Shown piece by piece: positions 8,415-18,348 of a stretch of DNA of 64,000 nucleotides. This DNA comes from an uncultured Clostridia bacterium (GTDB taxonomy: Bacteria > Bacillota > Clostridia > TANB77 > CAG-508). The notes below the pieces were generated by a model. It was not told the origin of the DNA, ran no database searches, and saw only the letters and a program-made list of their open reading frames with translations. The stretch spans positions 268,299-332,298 of the forward strand of contig CAKOSX010000001.1 of assembly GCA_934119935.1 (NCBI GenBank), written 5' to 3'. Both the position numbers and the translations under genes were made by a program. Numbering within the stretch: position 1 is the first letter of the stretch; the number at the start of each line of letters is the position of its first letter.

Positions 8415-10964
8415 ATGAAGAGAGCAAAAAAAATGCTATCAAAGCTAGAAAAAATAATTGCAATAATAATAACAATTAATATTATATTTGTGAGTCAGGT
8501 ATCTGCTAAAACGTTTTTGCAAACTGCAGGAGGCGTCTTAATAGAGCCAGTTTTAAATTTTGTTATGTATATAGGTGATACGGTTGAAAACCAATTAAAT
8601 AAAACATTATATACTCAATATGGAAATGAAGACGCTGTTGTTGATTATCCAGTATCAGATGCTATGGAAGACATTGCTGATATAGGAGTGTTTGCTCTTA
8701 CAGTAAAAGAAAAACTATTAAAAATTGATTTGGAGTCATATAGTGATGCGGCGCTAATAGTTTATCTTGGTTTGGACCCAGGGTTATATTTTTCTTTGCA
8801 TTATGGAACAAAAATAGCAGAGGCACTAGGACATGAAACAAAAATTATGTTGCATCCGATAATAAATCTTGCTGATGATGCTTATGAAGAAGCTAAGTCT
8901 TATGTGCTGAAGGTAATAGATATGCTTAGAAAAGTCAGAAAGTCATTGGTAGAAAGACAAGAAGAATTAGCAGAGGGAAGAAAAGTTGTAACTGTTGAAC
9001 CGTTTGTTTTAAAAACAAACGCATTTGACAGTATTGACATTCCGAATGGAGAAATATATTCTCCATACGAAATTTTTTCGAATCAAATACCTTTATTAGA
9101 CGTTAATTTTATATCGCCACATGAGTATAAAAAAACGATTTGGAATATTGATATGCAAAACTTTAAAATTTATAGTGAGGAAGAAGATGTAGAATCTTCT
9201 GCAGCAATTTTGCAAAAAACAATTAGTAGTTGGTATGTAGCTTTGAAAAACATTGCAATTGTCGCTCTAATGTCTGTATTATTATATATTGGAATTAGAG
9301 TTGTGGTATCATCAAGTAATTCAGAAAAGGCTCGCTATAAAGAATTAATTTTTGACTGGTTAACTGCTTTGTGTCTTATATTTTTTATGCATTATATAAT
9401 GAGTTTTATGATTAATATGACAGAAAATATATCTACAATAATTAGTGAAGGTGCCAATACACTTATAAAAGTACCGATACAGGTTAATACAATTTTGGGA
9501 GTAGAAAATGAAAATTTTAATATAATAACAAACTTTTCCGGATATGTTAGATTGATGGCAAGTTTACTTGAAACTAATGGCTCAACTCTGACTGCATTAG
9601 AATATATTATTTTGTATGTTGTTCTTGTTGCATATACAGTAATGTTTACAGTTATATATATGAAAAGGGTTATTTATATGGCTTTTTTAACAGTTATATC
9701 TCCTATCACGGCGGTAACTTATCCGTTTAGAAAGCAAAGAGTAGGTGGGGGACAAGCCTTTGCACTATGGCTTAGGGAATATGTTGCTAATTTAATAATT
9801 CAACCTATACATCTACTTTTATATTCAATAACTATTGGAAGTGTTATGGAATTTGCTGTAGAGCACCCTATATATGCAATTGTGGCTCTGGTTTTCTTTA
9901 TACCAGCTGAAAAAATGATAATGGAATTCTTTGGATTGAAAAATTTGCAATATGCAGACACAGGAAAGACAATGAATTCAGAATCAAGAATATTAAGAAA
10001 AAATGCAATGATTGCTGGAAACGTTGCAGGAAATCTAAGTAGTGGATTAGCAAACGGTCTAAAGAAAATTAGAGTGATGACACTAGGGGAATCTTCAGAA
10101 AACAAGAAGATAAAACAACTAAATACTGAAAAAAATATTGAAAGTGCAACGGAAAATAATCAAAATGGAAAAAATTATTTTAGCCAATTGAGTCAAGAAA
10201 TATTAAACAGAAATTTAACTAATTCGAATAATGAAAAAGAAGCTGAAAATATTCAGAAATCCATATTTGAAAGTATAGAGAGAAGTGTTGAGAAAAGCGT
10301 AGACAGCAAACAAAATGATGATATAGAAACGAAAAGTAATAACAAAGAATATGAAAAGAATATAAGAAATACTATGAATAAAGATGAAGAAAAAGAAATT
10401 TATGATGCTATGTCTACGGAAAAAAATAATCAAAGTAATATAGTACAGGAACAAGATTTTAAGATAGAAACAAATATTAATTTTGATCAAGAAAAAGGAG
10501 AGGCGTATAGAGAATATTCAAAAAATGGAATAACAAATATAAATGAGTTTGAAGCTACATATGCATTAGAAGAAAAGGGAATGAGCAGAGAAGAGGCTAT
10601 TGCAACATATCAAATTGCAAAACAAACTGGTGATGTGAGAAATAATGAAAATATACAACAGGAATGGTTAAAAAAAATAAGCATCAATTTATCGCAGAAC
10701 CAGTATATTAAAGAAATGATGCAGGAACAAAGGAATCTTATAACAGAAAAATATTTGAAAAATGAAAGAGAATTAAAAGAAAAACATAATAAGAAAAATA
10801 ATTCTAATCAGGAGTATAGAAGATTAAAAGAGCAGGTAGAAGATTTAGAAAGAGAGATGAAAAACAACCAAAATAAAGAATTAGATGACGTTGAACAGAT
10901 TCCGATACGATTTGCAAAACAGATATTGAGTAACATTGAAGATTATTATAACAATTTAGAATAA
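8415..10964 (+). CDS. VirB6/TrbL-like polytopic membrane protein, paralog B (849 aa)
   Basis: Collinear with 5982..8375 through signal peptide, TM core and C-terminal coiled-coil tail (…IPIRFAKQIL…YYNNLE); AAGGGGA RBS. Confidence 0.45.
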   Translation: MKRAKKMLSKLEKIIAIIITINIIFVSQVSAKTFLQTAGGVLIEPVLNFVMYIGDTVENQLNKTLYTQYGNEDAVVDYPVSDAMEDIADIGVFALTVKEKLLKIDLESYSDAALIVYLGLDPGLYFSLHYGTKIAEALGHETKIMLHPIINLADDAYEEAKSYVLKVIDMLRKVRKSLVERQEELAEGRKVVTVEPFVLKTNAFDSIDIPNGEIYSPYEIFSNQIPLLDVNFISPHEYKKTIWNIDMQNFKIYSEEEDVESSAAILQKTISSWYVALKNIAIVALMSVLLYIGIRVVVSSSNSEKARYKELIFDWLTALCLIFFMHYIMSFMINMTENISTIISEGANTLIKVPIQVNTILGVENENFNIITNFSGYVRLMASLLETNGSTLTALEYIILYVVLVAYTVMFTVIYMKRVIYMAFLTVISPITAVTYPFRKQRVGGGQAFALWLREYVANLIIQPIHLLLYSITIGSVMEFAVEHPIYAIVALVFFIPAEKMIMEFFGLKNLQYADTGKTMNSESRILRKNAMIAGNVAGNLSSGLANGLKKIRVMTLGESSENKKIKQLNTEKNIESATENNQNGKNYFSQLSQEILNRNLTNSNNEKEAENIQKSIFESIERSVEKSVDSKQNDDIETKSNNKEYEKNIRNTMNKDEEKEIYDAMSTEKNNQSNIVQEQDFKIETNINFDQEKGEAYREYSKNGITNINEFEATYALEEKGMSREEAIATYQIAKQTGDVRNNENIQQEWLKKISINLSQNQYIKEMMQEQRNLITEKYLKNERELKEKHNKKNNSNQEYRRLKEQVEDLEREMKNNQNKELDDVEQIPIRFAKQILSNIEDYYNNLE

Positions 10965-10978
10965 AAGAGGAAAGAATT

Positions 10979-11866
10979 ATGTACAAAAATGATACAAATA
11001 AGTATAAAGTTTGGATGACTATTATTGTATTAATAGTAGTGGTATTTATTGTAATCAATTCAAAAATGAAAAATAATAAGCAATCGAATCTAGATAATAT
11101 TTTGGAAAATGCAGAAAAAGTAGAGAACATAGAACATACAGATAACGAAAGTAATGAGAATAATCTAAATCAGACAAAGAATAATGAAATTGATTTTAAC
11201 CAAAATGTAATAGAACGATTTATAGAATATTGTAATAATAATGAGATTAAAAAGGCATATAATTTATTGTCACAAGATTGTAAAAATGAATTATTCCCTT
11301 CAGTAGATGATTTTTATGATAAGTATTATAAGAAAAAATTTAGTACTAAAAAGAATTATACTATCATGTTGTGGAAAAACATGACCTATATGATTAATCT
11401 AAAAGAATGTAGTATTGAAACAGGAGTGTTATCAAGTGAAGTTATTAGAGATTACATAACATATACAAGAAATGGATTAAATATTGGTGGTTATATAGGT
11501 AGGGAAAAAGCAAATAGAACTATCAATGTGGAGAATATAAAAATCGATATTCTCTATAGAAATACATATATTGATTATGAAGAATATGCATTTTCTATAA
11601 AAAACAATAGTAAAGCAAGTATGATTTTTGATAGCAAAGAAAAAGCGAATACTCTCTATATAAAAGATCAGAAAGGGCTAAAGTATTATGCGTATATGTA
11701 TGAGCTGAACAAAAGTGAACTTATTTATGATCAAAATGAAGAGAGAAAAATAATTATTAAATACGAAAAAATGTATGATACAAATATATACACAAAGAAT
11801 ATTATCTTTGATGATGTAACAATAGGAGAAGAAAAAACTCAAATAATGATAGCATTAGGAGAATAG
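10979..11866 (+). CDS. Single-pass membrane-anchored hypothetical protein (N-terminal TM, Asn-rich linker, extracytoplasmic domain)
   Basis: ORF with GAGGAAAG RBS; N-terminal TM WMTIIVLIVVVFIVI. Confidence 0.5.
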   Translation: MYKNDTNKYKVWMTIIVLIVVVFIVINSKMKNNKQSNLDNILENAEKVENIEHTDNESNENNLNQTKNNEIDFNQNVIERFIEYCNNNEIKKAYNLLSQDCKNELFPSVDDFYDKYYKKKFSTKKNYTIMLWKNMTYMINLKECSIETGVLSSEVIRDYITYTRNGLNIGGYIGREKANRTINVENIKIDILYRNTYIDYEEYAFSIKNNSKASMIFDSKEKANTLYIKDQKGLKYYAYMYELNKSELIYDQNEERKIIIKYEKMYDTNIYTKNIIFDDVTIGEEKTQIMIALGE

Positions 11867-11867
11867 T

Positions 11868-14226
11868 ATGGAAGAAGAGGGAAAAGAAAAAAAGAACAGG
11901 AAAATAAAAAATGCAGGGAAAAAAATATTAAAAAATACCATTAAAACAATAATAAAGTTCATAAATTTCATAATTAATTTAATTATTAACTTTACTGTGC
12001 CAACATTAATAATAATTGCTGTTCTTATAGTTATTTCATCTATAAAATATGTAATAGATACTCTGGATGGTTCTCGAAATGAAAGTGAGCCACGGGAATG
12101 TAGGACATGTTGTCTCTGAAGAGGTCAGTTCTAAAGTTGTTGTTTCATCTATTGTTAAAACTGATAACGGTTATGGATATGATGTGGACTTAGATGAAAA
12201 AGTAGAGGCTATAAAAAAGGATCTGAAAGAAAACGATGCTGATGATACATTAGATAGATATATAAAAGAAAAAAATCAAAATAAGTATTTAAAGAAGTTT
12301 TTGCAGGCTGAAATAAAAACAAAGTTTCCAGACTTAAGAAACAAAGAGAAAATTGGACAAGCGTTAAAAGAAAATGAACTACAGGGATCAATACAAATAC
12401 ATAGAAAAAATCAAAATGGAAAAGATGAAATTTTAACATATATAGACGGTAAAACATTTAGAGAGTATATAAATTCTAATGATAAAAGAGCTATAGAACA
12501 TTTTTCTCTTAATAGTGATGGTAATTTACTAATTTCTAGCTGGACGAAGAAAACTCTAAAAGATGGAAGTGAAGAGTATTTCCTAAGTGAAGAAATTATC
12601 GATTATAGAGCTCTAACAAAAAGGTATGACATGCCATTTGATTTTTTGTGGGCACTGACAGTAATGGGAAATGATGAGGATTTGTCTTATGAGGTGGCAA
12701 AATTAACGGATGATACAAAGATAGTATTAACAATATATGAAAATGTTGTAAAAACTACAACAGTAAGAAAAACAGAAAATCAGGAAACAGGGAAAACAGA
12801 AGTAACGACCGAAAAATATGAAGAATGTGAAAATCACTTATATATGTCAAGTGCTGTAACATGGGTTGCTGATGTTGAAAATGAATATGTTAACAAGGTT
12901 ATAGATCCTATTGTGAGCCAATATTCGTCAGGTATTAGTGAAGTCACAAAAACAGTTGAAAGAAACGAGTATGTGAAAGGAACTGAAAAAATAACAGAAA
13001 AAATTGACAAAAATTCAGAAAAAGAAAATTTCATTACATTGCTTCTAAAGCATGAAAATGCAACTAATAAGATTTTAACAGCAAGAGATTGGTTCTATGA
13101 AATGCTTGAATCAAGCAATGATACAGTAGATATGATTGATACTATAGATTACTTGCTAGATATAGTAGAGGGCAAAACTACTACTGGAAATATTATTGAA
13201 GAGGGCTCAAAACAAGATATAACGCAGAATCAATTGGTAGATGATATAATAGTTGATACCACAAAAGGAAATAACAATTTAGTTCTAAAAAAAGAACAAT
13301 TAGAAGAAATAATAAGAAAGACATATAAAGATACAGATGACAAGCAGAAAAACTTACTAGGAGCATTAAATTCTTTTTATAAGATTCAATCGGAAAGACA
13401 TGTTAATGCTGTATTTGCAATGGCTGTAGCAATACAGGAATCAAATGCGGGGACAAGTTGGAATTACATAGACAAAAGTACTCATAACTGGATGAGTGTT
13501 ATGGGGCAAAGTGGATATACAGATAAAAATGGCAATACGTGGAAAAAATATGAGAGCTTTTCCGAAGCAACAGAGGACTTTGGAAGATTAATAGAGACAA
13601 ATAATAGCTATTTTGCTGGAGGAAACATAACAGTAAAGCAAATATCTAAGGCATACTGCAGTCCTTCAGAGCCATGGAGTAACCACGTAATATTAAAGAT
13701 GAAAGACTTATATTCATCTATTGGAATTCACTTAGATGATTATATAGATAAGAAGGAAGAAGAAAATTCTAGTGAAGATGCTAATATAACAGCTACAACA
13801 TTTTTAGGAATAGCAAAGCAATGCCATGACTATATTAAAGACAATAATTTTTATTATGTACAAGGAAACAAAATCCCATATCCAAATGGAACAAGTTACA
13901 TTGATTGTAGTGCATATGTTACATGGGTTTTGTATGAATATGGATATACAGAATTTGCGGGGCACCAAAAAGACACTGCCTGGTTTATGGGAAGTGGCCC
14001 ATCAAAAATGGGGTGGACAATATTAAAACCATCTGAGGCAAAGGCTGGAGATCTTCTTGTAAAATCTGGACATATAGAAATATTTGCAGGCGATGGAGTT
14101 GGAACTTATTCAGCAGGTTCTACTAATTCCATAAGAAAAGACATAAGTTACAAAGGATGCAGTTTAAGCAAAATAATTTCAGATGGCGGATTTACTCGAG
14201 CTATTAGAGTAAAAGCACCAAATTAA
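11868..14226 (+). CDS. Membrane-anchored bifunctional peptidoglycan hydrolase (FlgJ-type glucosaminidase plus C-terminal NlpC/P60), CwlT/TcpG-like; read as one gene interrupted by a +1 frameshift (extra C at 12093)
   Basis: ORFs 11868..12119 (TM anchor) and 12067..14226 join in frame if the C at 12093 (CCACGGG) is deleted; glucosaminidase motif VNAVFAMAVAIQESNAGTSWNY; NlpC/P60 Cys/His (DCSAYVTWV…GHIEIF). Confidence 0.6.
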
Positions 14227-14242
14227 GAATGAAGGAAATGCG

Positions 14243-15490
14243 ATGAGTAAAAAGGTATTAATTATAGGACTGATTTTAATATTAATAATTAGTGGAACAG
14301 TCACTATTGTTTTAACGAGAAAGACAGATAATGAGAAAAATATGGATGTTGAGGAGCAAGTAGGAGACGTTGAAACAAAGTTTAAAAGAGAAAAAGTAAG
14401 CAATTCTACAGTATTTTATACTGTAGAAGATTGCATAAATTTTTACATAGATTTTGTCAAAGCAGAGGAGAAAGATAAGATTTTTGAACTGCTGGATGAA
14501 AAATATATTAATGAAAATAATATAAATCAAGAGAATGTACTAAAATATGTAGAAAAGCCGAAATATTCTTTTATAGCATTAGACATGTATGAAAGTGAGT
14601 TAAACAATGTGTGCAACTATATTGTGGAAGGTGTTGCGGATGATGGAATTTACAACACAAAAATGTATTTTAGAGTGGGATTAGATACTAATAATTTTTC
14701 ATTTAACATAATGCCTTTATCTGCAAAGAAGTATAACAACATAGATGAAATAGAAGAAAGTGAAAGTATAGCAGAAATTCCAAACAACGATGCCAATAGT
14801 TATCAGTATAATAGAATAAAAGAAAATGAAATAATAGAAAAAATTTTAAAATATTATTGCGACCTTACTGTAAATAATGTAAAAAAAGCATATGACATGT
14901 TAGAACAAGAATATAGGGAAAAACGATTTGATAAATATAGCAAATTTCAAGATTACATAAAAAAGAGAAGTGAAAATCTAAAACAAGCACGTGTTGCAGG
15001 ATATTCAGTAAAGGAAGAAGAAAATAAAAAAATATATACTGTAGTAGACCAAGACGGAAGGGTATATATATTTAAGCAAAAATCTATAATGAATTTCACT
15101 GTTCAGATGGATGACTATACATTAGAAACAGATGAATATAAAGAAAAATATATGAATTCTACTGTTGTAGATAAAATTAAACTAAATGTAAACAAATTTA
15201 TGAAGATGATTTCTAATTATGATTATGAGAGCGCATATGGGCTATTGAATGAAGCATATAAAAAGAATAATTTTAAAACTGAAAAATCATATGAAAAATT
15301 TATAGAACAGCATTTTTATAATTCAAACTCATATAGCATAGAAAAGATTGAGACAGATGCACAAGATTATATTATTACAATTACTGTTGCAGAAGATGCG
15401 AGTGCATCAGCAGCGAAAAAAACAAATAAGATTGCAATGAGACTAGGGGAGAATACAGAATTTGTAATGGCGGTAATATTAAATGAGTAA
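14243..15490 (+). CDS. Single-pass membrane-anchored hypothetical protein (415 aa)
   Basis: N-terminal TM LIIGLILILIISGTVTIVL then soluble domain; GAAGGAAATG RBS. Confidence 0.5.
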   Translation: MSKKVLIIGLILILIISGTVTIVLTRKTDNEKNMDVEEQVGDVETKFKREKVSNSTVFYTVEDCINFYIDFVKAEEKDKIFELLDEKYINENNINQENVLKYVEKPKYSFIALDMYESELNNVCNYIVEGVADDGIYNTKMYFRVGLDTNNFSFNIMPLSAKKYNNIDEIEESESIAEIPNNDANSYQYNRIKENEIIEKILKYYCDLTVNNVKKAYDMLEQEYREKRFDKYSKFQDYIKKRSENLKQARVAGYSVKEEENKKIYTVVDQDGRVYIFKQKSIMNFTVQMDDYTLETDEYKEKYMNSTVVDKIKLNVNKFMKMISNYDYESAYGLLNEAYKKNNFKTEKSYEKFIEQHFYNSNSYSIEKIETDAQDYIITITVAEDASASAAKKTNKIAMRLGENTEFVMAVILNE

Positions 15491-15555
15491 AATAGGTAAA
15501 AATTTTTTATTTATTATTAATAAACTTTATAAACATTATTATATGAGGAGGAAAA

Positions 15556-15945
15556 ATGATGAACATAAAAGAAAATATAAAGAAAATTATAACAGGAATC
15601 ACAGCTTTTTTTACAACAATTACAACAAAAGTGTTTGCCAAAACAAATACTGATATCCAAAAGGTATTAAATGTTCTAGATGATAGTTATAATATGAGAG
15701 GAGTTTCATTATATGGAATTGAACGACCATGGCAATATACAGTAAGCAATGGATTGTTGAAAATTTGTGAATTTATTGCTATTCCACTTATTTTAATAAT
15801 TGGAGCCATAATTTTTATACAAAGAAAGAAGAATATAAAATCTAAAAATTTAAAAAAAGCTATAATAATTATAAGTATTGTTTATGTTGTTGCTTTTATA
15901 GCTGCACTTATTATTCCAATAATTTATAACCAGATTTATTTCTAG
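15556..15945 (+). CDS. Small secreted/membrane protein: Sec signal peptide plus two C-terminal hydrophobic helices separated by a basic loop (VirB2/TrbC-pilin-like topology)
   Basis: AGGAGG RBS; paralog of 17855..18211 on the opposite strand. Confidence 0.55.
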   Translation: MMNIKENIKKIITGITAFFTTITTKVFAKTNTDIQKVLNVLDDSYNMRGVSLYGIERPWQYTVSNGLLKICEFIAIPLILIIGAIIFIQRKKNIKSKNLKKAIIIISIVYVVAFIAALIIPIIYNQIYF

Positions 15946-16082
15946 ACGCATTGCTTAAATAAGTTTAGTTATTAAAATATGAAGATTAGCTAGTGTAAAT
16001 AAATATTGTAGATGAAATTTGTAAAAACATTATTAGTTTAGTAAAACATATGAAATATTACAAGTGAATATATGGAGGAAAA

Positions 16083-17171
16083 ATGTTAAAGGAAATTTAT
16101 AAATTAGGGGAATTAACAATAAACAATCGCATTAAAGATGAAGAAAGAATTTTACATCCATTAAGAGATTTATTCTGGGAATGTACATTATCATGCAATG
16201 CAAAGTGCAAACACTGTGGAAGTAGTGCAGAAAAAAGAAGATATGACGGAGAATTAACAACAGATGAAATAAAATCAGCTTTTAAACAAATAGCTGACAA
16301 TATGGATGCTAGTAAAATTTTAATTAATGTTACAGGTGGAGAACCATTAGTAAGACAAGATTTGTGTGAGGTGATGGAATATGCTTCAAAAGAATTGGGT
16401 TTTCATTGGGGAATGACAACGAATGGAATTCTACTTAACGAAAAGAATATAGAAAAATTAAAAAATGCAAATATGGAAAGTATTTCGGTAAGCATAGATG
16501 GATTGCAAGAAACTCATGATGAGTTTAGAGGAGTACCAGGCTCATATAATTTAATAATGAATAATATTAAGAAACTTAAAGAAGCGGGTTTTGTAAAACA
16601 TTTGCAGGTTACAACAGTTTTTCATAAGAAAAATATTAACCAACTGCAGGAATTATATGATATTATGAAAAATTTAGGATTAGATTCTTGGAGACTAGTT
16701 TCAATGGATCCAATTGGAAGAGCAAATGAAAATTCTGAACTTTTACTCGATGGAAAAGAATTAAAAGAATTGCTGGATTTTATAAAATCAAAAAATAAGA
16801 AGCATTGTTTGCAATTATCTTATGGTTGCCCTGGATTTTTAGGATTAGATTACGAGAAGGAAGTAAGAAAACAGTATTTTTATTGCAGGACTGGAATAAG
16901 TGTTGCGAGCATACTTTATAACGGAGATTTGTTTGTATGTCCTAATGTCCCAAGAGTTTCTAGATTAATACAAGGAAATATAAGAATAGACAATTTTAAA
17001 AAAGTTTGGGATAATAAATACACGGAATTTAGAGATAAAAATAGAATGGCATGCGAAGAATGCAATAAGTGTGAAAATTGGGATTATTGTCTTGGAGGAG
17101 CATTACATACTTGGAACTTTGAAGAAAAGTGTCAAAATAAGTGTCCATACAAAATGATGGAAAATTTATAA
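16083..17171 (+). CDS. Radical SAM enzyme with C-terminal SPASM/twitch Cys-rich domain (peptide or protein-modifying maturase type)
   Basis: CNAKCKHC = CxxxCxxC radical SAM cluster motif; C-terminal cysteines (CPGF…CRTG…CPNVP…CEECNKCENWDYC…CQNKCPY); GGAGG RBS. Confidence 0.75.
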   Translation: MLKEIYKLGELTINNRIKDEERILHPLRDLFWECTLSCNAKCKHCGSSAEKRRYDGELTTDEIKSAFKQIADNMDASKILINVTGGEPLVRQDLCEVMEYASKELGFHWGMTTNGILLNEKNIEKLKNANMESISVSIDGLQETHDEFRGVPGSYNLIMNNIKKLKEAGFVKHLQVTTVFHKKNINQLQELYDIMKNLGLDSWRLVSMDPIGRANENSELLLDGKELKELLDFIKSKNKKHCLQLSYGCPGFLGLDYEKEVRKQYFYCRTGISVASILYNGDLFVCPNVPRVSRLIQGNIRIDNFKKVWDNKYTEFRDKNRMACEECNKCENWDYCLGGALHTWNFEEKCQNKCPYKMMENL

Positions 17172-17204
17172 AAACTTTTTTGAAAAATTAAATAGGAGAA
17201 AGAG

Positions 17205-17231
17205 GCATAGTATAAAAGCACTATGCTTTTT
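17205..17231 (+). terminator. Rho-independent terminator after the radical SAM gene
   Basis: GCATAGT-ataaaag-ACTATGC hairpin followed by TTTTT. Confidence 0.6.
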
Positions 17232-17282
17232 CTAGTAGACAAAAAAATAAAGGAGATGCTTCCATTTCCTTTAATTTTTTTA

Positions 17283-17492
17283 TTATTGAATTCCATATTT
17301 TTCTCTGAATTTTGCTGCTCTTCCACCTGTTGTTTCTCTTTTTAAGTTACCTGTCCAGAATGGATGGCATTTTGAGCAAACATCAACTTTGATATCTTTC
17401 TTTGTTGATCCAGCTTTTATAACATTACCACATGCACATGTGATTGTTGTTTCTGCATAATTTGGATGTATTCCTTCTTTCATTGTATTCAC
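17283..17492 (-). CDS. rpmE: 50S ribosomal protein L31
   Basis: MKEGIHPNY…CxC…CSKCHPFWTG signature of zinc-ribbon L31. Confidence 0.9.
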   Translation of the reverse strand: MNTMKEGIHPNYAETTITCACGNVIKAGSTKKDIKVDVCSKCHPFWTGNLKRETTGGRAAKFREKYGIQ

Positions 17493-17577
17493 CTCTCCTT
17501 TTTTTAATAAAAACTGCTAAATACTATAATAACATAAATGAATTATATTTTCAAGTATTAAATTATTATTTTTAAAT

Positions 17578-17739
17578 TTATATTGTATTTTCTGTATCTT
17601 GCTTGTGTTCTTCAATATATTCAATAGAACTTTGAACTTCTTCTTTTAAAGAATATCTTCTTACTATTTTTGATACAACATTAAATAAACAAGCAATAAT
17701 AAGAATTGCCAACAATAATTTTTTCCATATTTTTGCCAT
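17578..17739 (-). CDS. Unannotated small ORF, 53 aa single-TM peptide (MAKIWKKLLLAILIIACLFNVVSKIVRRYSLKEEVQSSIEYIEEHKQDTENTI)
   Basis: GGAGAAAAAATT-ATG RBS; below the 60-aa cutoff of the ORF track; hydrophobic N-terminus and charged C-terminus. Confidence 0.4.
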   Translation of the reverse strand: MAKIWKKLLLAILIIACLFNVVSKIVRRYSLKEEVQSSIEYIEEHKQDTENTI

Positions 17740-17854
17740 AATTTTTTCTCCTACATCAAAAACTACAATAATATTATACTATATTTTTAACTTTTGTCAA
17801 CTGGCAAACTAGCTTAATTACTTAAAAGCTAAGAGTGTTAAAGAGTTGAAAATA

Positions 17855-18211
17855 TTATATTGTAGGATTAAACAAAAAAATTGCAATTCTAATTATGCTG
17901 GCAATAAGAAATGTAATAATAGCTATAAGAAATACTATTTTAAAACTCTTAATACTTTTATTTTTATGTTTTTTCACAAGAATTATAATTCCTAATATTA
18001 AAATTATAGGTACTATAAATATTTGCCACAAACGAAGAATATTTAAAACAATTGACTTATAGTTTGGTGTTTGTGATGTACGTGGTGGACCATATAATTC
18101 TTGAAGAATAGGCATGGAATCAGTAGCAACAGCTAATACTTTAGTTGATACTGTTGCAAAAAAAGCTCCAATTCCAGCTGTGATTTTTTTGAACATTTCT
18201 TTTATTTTCAT
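17855..18211 (-). CDS. Small secreted/membrane protein, inverted paralog of 15556..15945 (signal peptide plus two hydrophobic helices)
   Basis: Shared signal peptide (KKITAGIGAFFATVSTKVLA vs KKIITGITAFFTTITTKVFA) and shared C-terminal helix-basic loop-helix layout. Confidence 0.55.
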   Translation of the reverse strand: MKIKEMFKKITAGIGAFFATVSTKVLAVATDSMPILQELYGPPRTSQTPNYKSIVLNILRLWQIFIVPIILILGIIILVKKHKNKSIKSFKIVFLIAIITFLIASIIRIAIFLFNPTI

Positions 18212-18348
18212 AAGTTCCTCCTAAAATCTAAGTGTTAAAATCATTATATATTCACCGAGATTTAATTGTCAATATCCTTGCTATTTTTTCTTTTTTATAG
18301 TAAAATAAATTGAGAAAAAAGTTGAAAAATGGAGAATATTAGAAGGTT

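Noticed and set aside
5982-14226. Calling the block an intact integrative conjugative element
   Set aside because: No integrase/recombinase, relaxase, VirB4 or VirD4 ATPases, or obvious att repeats are present in the window; only membrane and hydrolase components are present
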